From: Elusimicrobiota bacterium
GTDB taxonomy: Bacteria; Elusimicrobiota; Elusimicrobia; Elusimicrobiales; UBA9959
Reading direction: 5' to 3'
Assembly (NCBI GenBank): GCA_027340875.1
Contig: DAIENX010000008.1
Coordinates: 32,001-96,000 of the forward strand
Length of the DNA: 64,000 nucleotides
The translations under genes were made by a program, and so were the position numbers. The notes beneath the pieces were generated by a model. That model worked only from the letters and a program-made list of their open reading frames with translations, did no database searches and was not told where the DNA came from. This document shows positions 1 through 10,089 of this stretch, piece after piece (position 1 is the first letter of the stretch; each line of letters starts with the position of its first letter).

Positions 1-528
1 TGGAAGGGGAAGCCTTTCATCGAGCATGTCTGCGACGCGCTGCGGCGCGCCGGGATCGAGGACAGGATAGTGGTCCTCGGCAGCTCCTCTCACGAGGTGC
101 TCGCGGGGTGGACTCCGGCGGGGGAGAAGGTGATAGTCAATCCTCATCCTGAGCACGGCCAGCTCTCCTCGCTGCGCGCCGGGCTGGAGGAAGCCTCGGA
201 GTTCTCCGAGGCCTTCATGGTCTGCCTGGGGGACCAGCCCACGATAGACGTGGAAACCTACAGGCGGATAATAGAGTCCTGGGGCGAGAACCGGGACGCC
301 ATAGTCATCCCGCGAACGATAAGGACGGCGGACTCGAAGTTGAAGCGCGGCCACCCGGTAATAATACCGTCCGCGTACCGGCACCTGTGCTTCGAGGGTC
401 CGCTGGAGAAGGGGCTGCACTGGGTGACGCACCACGACTCCGCCAGGGTCTCCGATCTGGACGTGAAGGACCCGGAGATAATCCGCGACTTCGACACTCC
501 GGAAGATTACGCCTCGCTGCGGCAATAA
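1..528 (+). CDS. mocA: Molybdenum cofactor cytidylyltransferase / NTP-transferase family (5' end outside window)
   Basis: Frame is open from base 1 (WKGKPFIEHV...). Motifs NP..EHGQLSSL, CLGDQP, RGHPV and DFDTPEDY are typical of MocA. xdh context. Confidence 0.85.
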   Translation, partial: WKGKPFIEHVCDALRRAGIEDRIVVLGSSSHEVLAGWTPAGEKVIVNPHPEHGQLSSLRAGLEEASEFSEAFMVCLGDQPTIDVETYRRIIESWGENRDAIVIPRTIRTADSKLKRGHPVIIPSAYRHLCFEGPLEKGLHWVTHHDSARVSDLDVKDPEIIRDFDTPEDYASLRQ

Positions 529-543
529 CCCCCTACCGACATC

Positions 544-1776
544 ATGTTCCCTCTGCTCGTGCTTTCCGCGGTCTTCCTGCTGATAGCGGTGCGCCAGATC
601 GGCCGCTTCCGGCTGCCCATGTGGCAGGTCATGTGCGGCGGCGCCGCCGCAGTGCTGCTTTCAGGCGACATCGGGCCCTCCGCCGCGCTGGCCGCCGTCG
701 ACCCGGACGTGATGCTGTTCCTGTTCGGCATGTTCGCCGCGGGACAGGTAATGGAGCAGAGCGGCTGGCTGGCGCACGCGGAATACGAGGTGTTCAAGCG
801 CGCCGGCACCGAGTCGGGCCTGCTGCTGACGCTGGTGCTCTTCATGGGCCTGGCCTCTGCCCTGCTGATGAACGATACTCTGGCCATAGCGGGCACGCCG
901 GTGGTGCTGCTGCTGGCGCGCAAGCACCGTATAGCTCCCAAGCCGCTGCTGCTAGCGCTGGCCTTTTCCATCACGGTGGGGAGCGTTATGAGCCCCATCG
1001 GCAACCCTCAGAACCTTCTGGTCGCCGTGAAGGGCGGCGTGCAGGCCCCGTTCCTTACCTTCCTGCGCTACCTGGCCGTGCCCACGCTGCTGAACCTGCT
1101 ATTCGTATTTTTCCTGGTACGCGGCTTCTACCGCGACGAGTTCGGTCAGGCCGGGCTCAGCCATTCCCAGGAACCTGTCAGGGACGCGGCGCTGGCGCGC
1201 CTGGCCAGGATAACGGCGTGTACGCTGGCCGCGGCGATAGCAGCCAAGGTCCTGTTCGTATCCCTGGACCCGCGGCTGGATTTCAGGCTGACCTGGATAG
1301 CCCTGGCCGCCGCGGCGCCAGGACTTGTCTTCAGCCCGAGGCGCTTCGAGATACTGCGTCGGCTGGACTGGGGCACGCTCGCCTTCTTCGCCGGGATGTT
1401 CGTGCTGACGCGCGCGGTCTGGGACACCGGATTTTTCCAGGGGCTGATAGCCCGCGCCGGTCCAGCGGCGTCGGGGGCCGGCCCGGTGATGATCGTCAGC
1501 GTGCTGCTGAGTCAGCTGATCTCCAACGTGCCGCTGGTGGCGCTTTATCTGCCGGTGCTGACGCACTCCGGGGCGGGGACGCGCGAACTGATGGCCCTTG
1601 CCGCGGCGTCTACTTTCGCCGGGAACCTGTTCGTGCTGGGGGCCGCGAGCAACGTGATCATCATCAGCGGAGCCGAGAGAAAGAGCGGCGAGACAGTGAC
1701 GTTCCTGGAATTCGCCCGGGTCGGGATTCCGCTGACCGCTATAAATGCCATAATATACTGGCTGTTCCTGAGGTGA
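544..1776 (+). CDS. ArsB/NhaD (IT superfamily) anion transporter, YbiR-like
   Basis: 410 aa, many TM segments. Motifs LMNDT, SPIGNPQN, LSQLISNVP, AGNL..LGAASN. Confidence 0.85.
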   Translation: MFPLLVLSAVFLLIAVRQIGRFRLPMWQVMCGGAAAVLLSGDIGPSAALAAVDPDVMLFLFGMFAAGQVMEQSGWLAHAEYEVFKRAGTESGLLLTLVLFMGLASALLMNDTLAIAGTPVVLLLARKHRIAPKPLLLALAFSITVGSVMSPIGNPQNLLVAVKGGVQAPFLTFLRYLAVPTLLNLLFVFFLVRGFYRDEFGQAGLSHSQEPVRDAALARLARITACTLAAAIAAKVLFVSLDPRLDFRLTWIALAAAAPGLVFSPRRFEILRRLDWGTLAFFAGMFVLTRAVWDTGFFQGLIARAGPAASGAGPVMIVSVLLSQLISNVPLVALYLPVLTHSGAGTRELMALAAASTFAGNLFVLGAASNVIIISGAERKSGETVTFLEFARVGIPLTAINAIIYWLFLR

Positions 1777-1784
1777 GATAGGCA

Positions 1785-3272
1785 ATGGCTGAAGCAGAAC
1801 AGGAAAAGAAGAAAAAGAAGCTGGCCGTAGGCCTGATGACCTTCGCGGCCATTCCTTACTGGCTCGGCACGGTGGGGGAGGCCTTCGCGAAGACGTACAT
1901 GGCAGTCTTCGGAACGGGGGATCCTGGCAAGCTGCACGGTTCCGGCTCGTTCAGCTTCGGCACGATAATCCTGCTCGGCTATATCTGGGCGCGTCCCGCC
2001 ATTCTGTACAAGAGAAATCCGACCCCCGAACTCAGGAAAAAGGTCCTCAGGCGGTTGAACCGCATCCATCTCCACGCCGCCGTGCTGCTGCTGCTCTCGA
2101 CCCTGCCCGCGCTGGCGCTCGCGGCGGTCTTCAGGGGATCGGTAACGGAAGGAATAGTCCCGGCCCTTTCGCTTTCGCTCTTCGCGCAGCTCTGCATCCT
2201 GCCTATCATCATCGACTGGATAAGGGCCAGGAGCAGTCAGACGATGGAGCTGCTTTACGAGGGAGAGGACCTATACTCGCTGCGCCCGGGCTTCTCTATA
2301 CCGCTGGCACTTAAAGTGGCGCTGCTCATTCTCTCCTGCGCCCTCCTTCCGTTCGCTCTCGCCGCCGGCGCCTTGTGGTCCGGCGCGGCTACCAAGGTCT
2401 GGTCCGGCCCGTTCCTGAACCTGATGCTGATGTGCGCCGCCACCCTGCTGATGGGCCTGGGAGTCGTCTTCTACGGCATACAGCGCCCGATGGACGGCCT
2501 TATAGGCCGCATGCGGCGCCTGGCCTCCGGGGATTTCTCAAAGACGCGCATTTACTTTTCCGATGAAATAGCCCGCCTTAAGGCCGGCTTCAACGAGATG
2601 GCCGAGGGGCTGAAGGAGCGCGAGGAGCTGCAGGACACCTTCGGCAAGTACATGTCCATAGAGATAGCGCGCGAGCTGATCAAGAACCGCCGCGTGGACC
2701 TGGGCGGCGAGACCATAGAGGCCGCCGTGATGTTCTGCGACATCCGTAACTTCACCACCCTCTCCGAGAGCATGAGCGCCGCCGGGGTGGTGGAGTTCCT
2801 CAACAACTATTTTCGTTACGTGACGCCGGCCATAACTCTTCACAACGGGGTCATCAACAAGTTCATCGGCGACGCCGTTATGGCGGTATATACTCCCCGC
2901 CTCGGCTCTTCGGACTACGCGGCCGACGCGGTGCGCTCGGCCCTCGCCATGCGCCGGGCGCTGGCCGAGTTCAACGCCTCGGGCAAGGCGCCGGGGGAGA
3001 TACGATTCGGCATCGGGATACATTCCGGCAAGGTCGTGGCCGGAAACATAGGCACATTCTCCCGCCTCGAGTACACTTTCATAGGCGACACGGTCAACAG
3101 CGCCTCCAGGCTGCAGGCCAAGACCAAGGACTATGCCACCGACATCGTGATAAGCGCGGTCGCCATGGAAAAGGCCAAGGGCTCCATCGGGGCCTCGGCC
3201 GCCTTTCAGCCGCTGGGGAAAGTGTCGCTGAAGGGCAAGGCGGAAATGATAGAGCTCTACAAGGTAGCCTGA
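1785..3272 (+). CDS. Membrane-bound class III adenylate cyclase with HAMP domain
   Basis: TM helices, HAMP (DEIARLKAGFNEM), catalytic motifs FCDIRNFT, KFIGDAVMA, YTFIGDTVNSASRL. Confidence 0.9.
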   Translation: MAEAEQEKKKKKLAVGLMTFAAIPYWLGTVGEAFAKTYMAVFGTGDPGKLHGSGSFSFGTIILLGYIWARPAILYKRNPTPELRKKVLRRLNRIHLHAAVLLLLSTLPALALAAVFRGSVTEGIVPALSLSLFAQLCILPIIIDWIRARSSQTMELLYEGEDLYSLRPGFSIPLALKVALLILSCALLPFALAAGALWSGAATKVWSGPFLNLMLMCAATLLMGLGVVFYGIQRPMDGLIGRMRRLASGDFSKTRIYFSDEIARLKAGFNEMAEGLKEREELQDTFGKYMSIEIARELIKNRRVDLGGETIEAAVMFCDIRNFTTLSESMSAAGVVEFLNNYFRYVTPAITLHNGVINKFIGDAVMAVYTPRLGSSDYAADAVRSALAMRRALAEFNASGKAPGEIRFGIGIHSGKVVAGNIGTFSRLEYTFIGDTVNSASRLQAKTKDYATDIVISAVAMEKAKGSIGASAAFQPLGKVSLKGKAEMIELYKVA

Positions 3273-3721
3273 TGTACAGACATACTCAGAACGGAAAGCT
3301 GATGATATTGTCCGCGATCGGCCTGCTGGCCGGCGGGATAGCGGCGATGGCCGCCACCGGGCAGCGCGCGGTCTTCTACGTCCTGGCCGCCACGGCCGCT
3401 TTCGTCTACTTCGGCTTCCGGGACCTGACCGTAGAGGTGGACCACGAGGCCGTGCGTATCAGGTTCGGAGCAGGGCTCTTCAGGAAGGAGTTCCGGCTCT
3501 CCTCGATAACGGCTGTGACGCAGGTGCGCAACAGCTGGCTCAGCGGCTGGGGCATCCATTATATCGGCGGCGGCTGGCTCTACAACGTGGACGGTCACGA
3601 TGCCGTGGAGCTGCGTTTCGCCTCAGGCGGCCGGGCCAGGATCGGTACCGACGAGCCGGCCACGCTGGAGACCGCCATTAGGGAGCGTCTGGCAGGTTGG
3701 AAGAACCAAAGCGGGGTCTGA
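3272..3721 (+). CDS. Hypothetical membrane protein (2 TM plus possible bacterial PH-like domain)
   Basis: 149 aa ORF overlapping the upstream stop (TGATG). GWGIH and IGTDEP motifs. Confidence 0.6.
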   Translation: MYRHTQNGKLMILSAIGLLAGGIAAMAATGQRAVFYVLAATAAFVYFGFRDLTVEVDHEAVRIRFGAGLFRKEFRLSSITAVTQVRNSWLSGWGIHYIGGGWLYNVDGHDAVELRFASGGRARIGTDEPATLETAIRERLAGWKNQSGV

Positions 3722-3724
3722 TCC

Positions 3725-4534
3725 ATGAAAGAACAGAAGAACATCATAAAACTCCTCTCCGAGGCTATAGATTCCGGCCGTGCCGCAGCTTTCGTCACTG
3801 TCATCTCCGTGGACGGCTCCACCCCGCGCGAGGCCGGCGCTAAGATGCTGGTCTTCCCGGACGGCGCCATAGAGGGCACCATAGGCGGCGGCTCGGTGGA
3901 GGCGCTGGTGATAAGGCAGGCCGTCGACTGCCTGCGCAAAGGGGAGGGCGGCAGGTTCGTCTTCGACCTGAAGCCCACCGGCAACACCGGCATGATCTGC
4001 ATGGGGCGGATGGAGGTTTTCGTGGACGTCTATAAGAACCCGTTCAGGGTACTGATACTTGGCGGCGGCCACGTCGGGGTGAAGATCGCGGAGGCCTGCC
4101 GTCTGGCAGGCTATCCGTTCATGGTCGCCGACGACAGGAGCGAGTTCGCCAACGGGGAGCGCTTCCCGGGGGCGCTGGCGGTGATAAACGAGCTTCCGAA
4201 TAAAGCGGTGGAGGCCGCGGGAGTCGACGCCGAGACTTACATCGTCATCGTTACCCGCGGCCATGCGCTGGACCGCGAGTGCCTCGAGGCCGCCATGAGC
4301 ACTTCCGCTCCGTACATAGGCATGATAGGCAGCAAGGACAAGGTGGGAGAGGTTTTCAGGCTGCTGGCCAAGAAGAAGCTCTATCCTCTCAAGGACCGCC
4401 GGGTGCATTCCCCGATAGGCCTCAACCTGGGCGGCAAGACCCCCGGTGAGATAGCGGTCTCCGTGCTGGCCGAGATCATGATGGTCCATTATAAGCGCGA
4501 CGCGGCCCATATGAGGGACAAGGCCGTCGCCTGA
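3725..4534 (+). CDS. xdhC: XdhC/CoxI family Moco-insertion chaperone
   Basis: GSTPREAGAKM, GTIGGG, MICMG, VTRGH..D, YIGMIGS, PIGL..GGKTPGEIAVS. Confidence 0.92.
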   Translation: MKEQKNIIKLLSEAIDSGRAAAFVTVISVDGSTPREAGAKMLVFPDGAIEGTIGGGSVEALVIRQAVDCLRKGEGGRFVFDLKPTGNTGMICMGRMEVFVDVYKNPFRVLILGGGHVGVKIAEACRLAGYPFMVADDRSEFANGERFPGALAVINELPNKAVEAAGVDAETYIVIVTRGHALDRECLEAAMSTSAPYIGMIGSKDKVGEVFRLLAKKKLYPLKDRRVHSPIGLNLGGKTPGEIAVSVLAEIMMVHYKRDAAHMRDKAVA

Positions 4535-4683
4535 CGGTCACGTTTCGAGCTGACGCCCGCCTTATGAACCCTAAATATGATATAGTATGAAAAGCCGCGC
4601 CATGTGCAGTCCGGCGCGCGGCTGGCGGTTCGCAGCCAAATTAAGGTCCGTATAGAGAAAGCGGAGATCCAGGGTAAGGGGAT

Positions 4684-5955
4684 ATGAAAAAAATCACTAA
4701 AGCGCTGTTAGCGGTAATGCTGCTCGGCTTGGCTGCCGGAGCGTACGCGGAGGATAAGTACGATCAGTTGGCGAAAGAGCTGACCGAGGCCGGCACCTCC
4801 ATCCAGGGCAAGAAGATCGCCATCATACCGTTCTCGTACGCTGACGCCCGCGAAAAGGCCAGCAAGGACGGCTCGGTCATAGCCGAGCGCCTGACGATAA
4901 AGATGATCAACATGCACAAGTTCGAGATCATCGAGCGCAGCGTCCTGGACAAGGTCATGAACGAGCTGAAGCTCCAGTCCTCCGGGATGATAGACGCTTC
5001 CAGCGCGCAGCAGCTCGGCAAAGTGCTGGGCGTGGAGGCCATAGTGACCGGCACGCTGGTGGAGACCTCCGGCGGCCAGATAGAGGTCAATGCCCGCATG
5101 ATCAAGACCGAGACGGCCCAGGCGATCGGCGCCTCCCAGGTGACGGTGGAGAAGAACTGGATCGGCGACGTTTCAGCCGCCCCCCAGGCGCAGCCCCAGA
5201 CCTACCAGCAGCCGGCCTACGAGCAGCCTGTGGCCAAGCAGGTCTACCGCCGTCCGCGCGGTCCTAACGAGTACGGCTTCTTCGACGTCTTCTTCGGCGG
5301 CGGCTCCAAGAAGATAGACCTTACCTACGAGAACTCCAGTCGCGGCGTCTACATGACCGAGATCGGCTTCGCCCCGGTAGGCATCTCCAACGGCCCCTAC
5401 TCGCAGATAGAGCTGCCGAAGATGACCGGCACCGGCATAGGGCCCTTCGGTATACGCGTAGGCGGCTTCGGCAACGGCCCCGTGGGCGGGGACTTCGAGT
5501 TCTCGGTGACGCAGAACGTAGTGCAACCGCAGACGGTGTCCGGTACCCGCAACGGTGTCACGACTACGTTCCGGCTGCCCACTACGGACAATTACCTGAC
5601 GATGACCTCGTTCGGCATGAGCGGAGACCTGCTGTTCCGTGTCACGACCCCGAAGGTGGACCCCTACTTCGGCATAGGCCTGGGCATGTCGCTGAACAGG
5701 ATACAGCTTCCTTTCGCCTACGGCTTCACCAACTCTTCCGTATTCTCCCGGCCGGTGGACGACTTCGGCCTGGGCTTCATGCTCCGCGTGCCTTTCGGCG
5801 CGCGCTTCAAGCTGAGCCCGAAGACCCAGATCGTGACCGAGCTGCGCTACGAGCTCAACCGCGTCAGTTTCACGCGCGGCAGCATTTCCGGTGAGAGCGA
5901 CACGATCGTGGCGCAGGGAGTGCGCTTCCTGATCGGCATGGGCTTCGGCTTCTAG
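4684..5955 (+). CDS. Secreted protein: FlgO/CsgG-like domain, Q/P-rich linker, predicted outer-membrane beta-barrel
   Basis: Signal peptide; IIERSVLDKVMNELKLQSSG motif; amphipathic beta strands ending in a terminal Phe. Confidence 0.7.
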   Translation: MKKITKALLAVMLLGLAAGAYAEDKYDQLAKELTEAGTSIQGKKIAIIPFSYADAREKASKDGSVIAERLTIKMINMHKFEIIERSVLDKVMNELKLQSSGMIDASSAQQLGKVLGVEAIVTGTLVETSGGQIEVNARMIKTETAQAIGASQVTVEKNWIGDVSAAPQAQPQTYQQPAYEQPVAKQVYRRPRGPNEYGFFDVFFGGGSKKIDLTYENSSRGVYMTEIGFAPVGISNGPYSQIELPKMTGTGIGPFGIRVGGFGNGPVGGDFEFSVTQNVVQPQTVSGTRNGVTTTFRLPTTDNYLTMTSFGMSGDLLFRVTTPKVDPYFGIGLGMSLNRIQLPFAYGFTNSSVFSRPVDDFGLGFMLRVPFGARFKLSPKTQIVTELRYELNRVSFTRGSISGESDTIVAQGVRFLIGMGFGF

Positions 5956-6148
5956 TCCTGTAGCTGTTTTCGCCGGGGAGCCGAAAATCCCCGGCGCCCG
6001 GCCTTCCGGGCGGCAGAGTTTCTGCCAGACTGCAAACGGCCGGTCGCGTCCCTGACGGGGCGCCCGGCCGTTCTTATTCCTGCTATAGCCCGGACGCGGC
6101 GGCTGGAGCCAAAACCGCCCGGGACTGACCCGAAGGAAAGTGCTCAAA

Positions 6149-7528
6149 ATGCTGAATTTCATCCTCAACAAGGAAATCGTCCGGACCGAAGAGCGGCCGG
6201 GGATGGTCCTGCTGGAATTCATCCGCGACGTCAAATGCCTTTCCGGCACCAAGGAAGCGTGCCGCGAAGGGGAATGCGGCGCATGCACCGTGCTGATAGG
6301 CCGCCGCCGGCCCGACGGTACTGTTTCATACAAGGCCTGCGCCTCCTGCCTGCTTCCCGTCGGCGACGTCGAAGGCTGCCACGTCGTTACCGTGGAAGGC
6401 CTCACCGGCCCCGCCCTGACGCTGGTGCAGAAGCTCATCGTGGATAACAGCGCCTCGCAGTGCGGCTTCTGCACTCCAGGCATAGTACTTTCGCTCACAG
6501 GGTTCTGCCTCGGCGCTGAAAAGCTCTCTTACGAGGCCGCGCTGGACGCTCTGGACGGCAATATCTGCCGCTGCACGGGCTATGCAGCCATACGCGGCGC
6601 CGTGCGCGCCCTGTGCGAGGCTCTTTCTAACGTGGACGTTCCTCCGCAGAAGCGCCTGAAGTCGCTGATCGCCGCCGGCGTAGTGCCTGGTTATTTCGGG
6701 GAGATGTCCGCCCGCCTGGCGGAACTTAAGGCATCCGCGGCCGCTCCAGGGAAGAACGCCGTGCTGGTGGCTGGCGGTACCGACCTGTTCGTGCAGAGGC
6801 CGGAGCAGCTGTTCGACAGCGAGCTCTGCTTCCTGTCTAAGCGTGCCGACCTGGATTATGTGAAGGAAGACGGGGATGTCCTGCGCGTAGGCGGGGCTGT
6901 CACGATAGAGGATTTCCGCCTGTCCGCCCCGGTGCGGCGGCATTTCCCGGCCCTTGAGAAGGACCTGCTGCTCCACTCCTCCGCCATACTGCGCAACAAG
7001 GCCACGCTGGCCGGGAACGTCGTGAACGCCTCCCCTATCGGCGACGCCGCCATAATACTGCTGGCGCTGGACGCCAGGCTGGTTATCTCGGGGGAAAGCG
7101 GGAAGAGGGAAGCGCCTCTCTCAAAGTTCTTCCTCGGTTATAAGAAGACGGACCTCGTCTGCGGCGAGCTCGTCAGCGAGATAGTCATACCGCTGCTGCC
7201 TCCGGGAGCGCGCTACAGTTTCGAGAAGGTCTCCAACAGGACCACTCTCGACATCGCGGCGGTCAATTCTGCCCTGCGCCTGACCACCGGACCGGACGGC
7301 TCTATATCCGACCTGCGCGTCTCCGCCGGCGGCGTGGCCCCTTTTCCGCTGCTGCTGGAGCTCGGCGCGTTCAAGGGCCGCAGGCCGGACGCCGGGACCG
7401 CCAAAGCCGCGGCCAGAGCGGCCGAGGATGCCGTAAAGCCCATAGACGATATCAGGGGCTCGGCGGAGTACAAGAAGCTGCTGCTGGGCCGCATCGTGGA
7501 AGCGCACTTTTCCGTGGAGGCCGCGTGA
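6149..7528 (+). CDS. xdhA: Xanthine dehydrogenase small subunit (2x[2Fe-2S] + FAD)
   Basis: GTKEACREGECGAC, QCGFCTPG, GNICRCTGY, AGGTDL, NASPIGD. Alternative GTG start at 6140. Confidence 0.9.
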   Translation: MLNFILNKEIVRTEERPGMVLLEFIRDVKCLSGTKEACREGECGACTVLIGRRRPDGTVSYKACASCLLPVGDVEGCHVVTVEGLTGPALTLVQKLIVDNSASQCGFCTPGIVLSLTGFCLGAEKLSYEAALDALDGNICRCTGYAAIRGAVRALCEALSNVDVPPQKRLKSLIAAGVVPGYFGEMSARLAELKASAAAPGKNAVLVAGGTDLFVQRPEQLFDSELCFLSKRADLDYVKEDGDVLRVGGAVTIEDFRLSAPVRRHFPALEKDLLLHSSAILRNKATLAGNVVNASPIGDAAIILLALDARLVISGESGKREAPLSKFFLGYKKTDLVCGELVSEIVIPLLPPGARYSFEKVSNRTTLDIAAVNSALRLTTGPDGSISDLRVSAGGVAPFPLLLELGAFKGRRPDAGTAKAAARAAEDAVKPIDDIRGSAEYKKLLLGRIVEAHFSVEAA

Positions 7529-9777
7529 AGAACGACGATATGCTGATGCACGTCCGCGGCGCCTCGCTGTTCGTGGACGATATTCCGGCCCCCGGCTGTC
7601 TTCACGCCGTTCTGTTCACCTCTCCGGTCGCGCGCGGCAGGATCCGCTCCATAGATATTTCCAAGGCCGTCGCGGCGCCAGGGGTAGCGGCGGTATATAC
7701 GCACAGGGACGTGCCCGGCCTGAACCAAGTCGGCCATATCCTGAAAGACCAGCCGCTGCTGGCCGTGGACAGCGTCGAATATATCGGCCAGCCCGTCGCT
7801 TTGGTGGTGGCCGAGACCCAGCGGGCCGCGCGGAAGGCCGTGAAGCTCATAGAGGCCGACATAGAACCGCTCGAGGCGGTGTTCAGCCCGCGCGAGGCGG
7901 CCGCCAAAGGCCTGATACACGGGCGCAGGCGCGAGCGCGTGACCGGGGACCCGGCGGCCGTCTTCGCGAAGTGCAAATACGTCGCCCAGGGCCGGCTTTC
8001 GAGCGGACCGCAGGAACATTTCTATTTCGAGACCCAGCGCGCGCTGGCCGTGCCGGGCGAGCACGATACCATCAAGGTCTATGCCAGCGCGCAGTCTCCC
8101 GGCGCCTTCCACCATCATCTGGCCGAGGTGCTGGGTATCCCGATGCACAAGGTGGAGCTGGACATACGGCGGCTTGGCGGCGGCTTCGGCGGCAAGGAGT
8201 CCACCGCCGTCTGGATAACGGCGCCGGCCCTGGCGGCTTTCCTGCTCAAGCGGCCGGTGAAGCTGGCCCTTTCCCGCGCCGAGGACATGGCCACCACCGG
8301 CAAGCGGCACGCCTACGAGTACGATTATAAGCTGGGCCTGGACGCGGAGGGGAAAATCCTCTCCTACGAGGTGGATCTCTTCCAGCATGCCGGCGCCTGC
8401 GCCGACATTTCTCCGGCGGTGCTGGGGCGTTCTTTCCTCCACGTTTCCGGCTCTTATAATATCCCGGATCTTAGGGTTTCGGGAACCAGCTGCCGCACCA
8501 ATATCCCGCCCAACAACGCTTTCCGCGGCTTCGGCGTGCCTCAGGCCGTGTTCGCTATCGAGGCGGCGCTGACCCACGCGGCGGGGCTGATGGGCGTGCC
8601 CGCCGAGGAGCTGAAGCGCCGCAACCTGCTCAAGGACGGGGACTCCCTGGCCTACGGGGTGAAGCTCGAGGGAGTGAACGCCGGGCGCTGCTGGGAGGCC
8701 CTTGATAAGCAGACCGGCATCTCGGCGCGCCGCGCCGCGGTGGCGGAGTACAACCGGACGCATTCCGGCAAAAAGAAAGGCCTCGCGGTAGTGCCGGTCT
8801 GTTTCGGCATCTCCTTCGCGCAGACCGCCCTCAACCAGGCGGGCTCGCTCGTCAACATCTACGTCGACGGCAGCGTTTCGGTCAGTACCGGCGCGGTGGA
8901 GATGGGCCAGGGCGTGAACGCCAAGATCCGCATAGTCGCCGCCAGGACCCTCGGCGTGCCGGTGGAAAGGGTGCGGGTCGATACCACCAATACGTCCCGC
9001 GTCCCGAACGCTTCGCCTACCTCGGCCAGCTCCGGCGCCGACCTCAACGGCATGGCTACCAAGTACGCCTGCGAGCGCCTGCGCGAGCGCCTGCTCGAGT
9101 TCGCCGCCAGGCATCTCAGCTGCGACGACCCTGCCAAGGTCTCGATCCGCGACGGCGAGGTCTTCGTCGGAGAGAAGGACCCGGTCATGACCTGGGACAG
9201 GCTTGTCGCGGCCGCGCAGTGGGCGCGCGTGGACCTGTCCGAGCACGCTTTCTACGCCACTCCTAACCTGCATTACGACCCCGAGACGGAGCTGGGCCGG
9301 CCTTTCGCCTACTATTCATACGGGGCCTCGCTGACGGAGGTGCTGCTGGACTGCGCGCGCGGCACTTATTCTGTGGAGTCCGTGGACGTGGTCCAGGACG
9401 TGGGCGAATCCCTCTCCCCGGAGATAGACCTGGGCCAAGTCCAGGGTGCCGTAGTGCAGGGCATCGGCTGGTGCACGCTGGAGCAGATAAGGTACGCCTC
9501 CGACGGCAGGGTGCTGACCGGGGCGAACTCCTATAAAGTGCCGGACATCAAGTTCGTGCCGGATAATTTCAACGTAACCCTGCTCAGGGATTCCTCCAAT
9601 CCTTTCGCGGTCTGCAATTCCAAGGCCGTGGGCGAGCCGCCGCTGATACACGGCCTGGGCGCCTACCTGGCCCTCGCCGACGCACTAAACGCCGCCGGGG
9701 CCGCCGGGCCGCTGCCGCCGCTCCCGCTGACCCCGGAGAAAACCTTCATGTATCTGAACGGGAAGGGCGGGAAATGA
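7525..9777 (+). CDS. xdhB: Xanthine dehydrogenase molybdopterin-binding subunit
   Basis: QEHFYFE, GGGFGGKES, AFRGFGVPQ, EMGQG, SKAVGEPP. Overlaps the xdhA stop (GTGA). Confidence 0.92.
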   Translation: MKNDDMLMHVRGASLFVDDIPAPGCLHAVLFTSPVARGRIRSIDISKAVAAPGVAAVYTHRDVPGLNQVGHILKDQPLLAVDSVEYIGQPVALVVAETQRAARKAVKLIEADIEPLEAVFSPREAAAKGLIHGRRRERVTGDPAAVFAKCKYVAQGRLSSGPQEHFYFETQRALAVPGEHDTIKVYASAQSPGAFHHHLAEVLGIPMHKVELDIRRLGGGFGGKESTAVWITAPALAAFLLKRPVKLALSRAEDMATTGKRHAYEYDYKLGLDAEGKILSYEVDLFQHAGACADISPAVLGRSFLHVSGSYNIPDLRVSGTSCRTNIPPNNAFRGFGVPQAVFAIEAALTHAAGLMGVPAEELKRRNLLKDGDSLAYGVKLEGVNAGRCWEALDKQTGISARRAAVAEYNRTHSGKKKGLAVVPVCFGISFAQTALNQAGSLVNIYVDGSVSVSTGAVEMGQGVNAKIRIVAARTLGVPVERVRVDTTNTSRVPNASPTSASSGADLNGMATKYACERLRERLLEFAARHLSCDDPAKVSIRDGEVFVGEKDPVMTWDRLVAAAQWARVDLSEHAFYATPNLHYDPETELGRPFAYYSYGASLTEVLLDCARGTYSVESVDVVQDVGESLSPEIDLGQVQGAVVQGIGWCTLEQIRYASDGRVLTGANSYKVPDIKFVPDNFNVTLLRDSSNPFAVCNSKAVGEPPLIHGLGAYLALADALNAAGAAGPLPPLPLTPEKTFMYLNGKGGK

Positions 9778-10019
9778 AGAAGAAGATCACGGTGCGCTAC
9801 TTCGCTATGATGGGCGAGAAGCGCGGCACGCAGAACGAGACCTACGAGACCGAGGCCGGGACCGCCAGGCAGCTGCTGCACGAGCTGCAGGCCAACAAGG
9901 CGCTGCCGCTGACTACCAACATCTCCCGCGCCGTGGTCAACGACAAGTTCGTGGACTGGGACGCCTCGATAAACGACGGAGATCTAGTCATCCTGATGTC
10001 GCCTTTCTCCGGCGGGTAA
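9774..10019 (+). CDS. moaD: MoaD/ThiS family sulfur carrier
   Basis: 81 aa ubiquitin-like protein, VRYFA near the N-terminus, C-terminal SGG. Confidence 0.8.
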   Translation: MKKKITVRYFAMMGEKRGTQNETYETEAGTARQLLHELQANKALPLTTNISRAVVNDKFVDWDASINDGDLVILMSPFSGG

Positions 10020-10037
10020 TAATGCTGTGCGGAAATG

Positions 10038-10075
10038 AAGGCGCCGCCTCTCCGGAACCGGAGAGGCGGCGCCTT
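10038..10075. terminator. Bidirectional terminator between convergent operons
   Basis: Perfect 18-bp inverted repeat AAGGCGCCGCCTCTCCGG-AA-CCGGAGAGGCGGCGCCTT. Confidence 0.8.
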
Positions 10076-10089
10076 TCTGTGCCGGGTTT

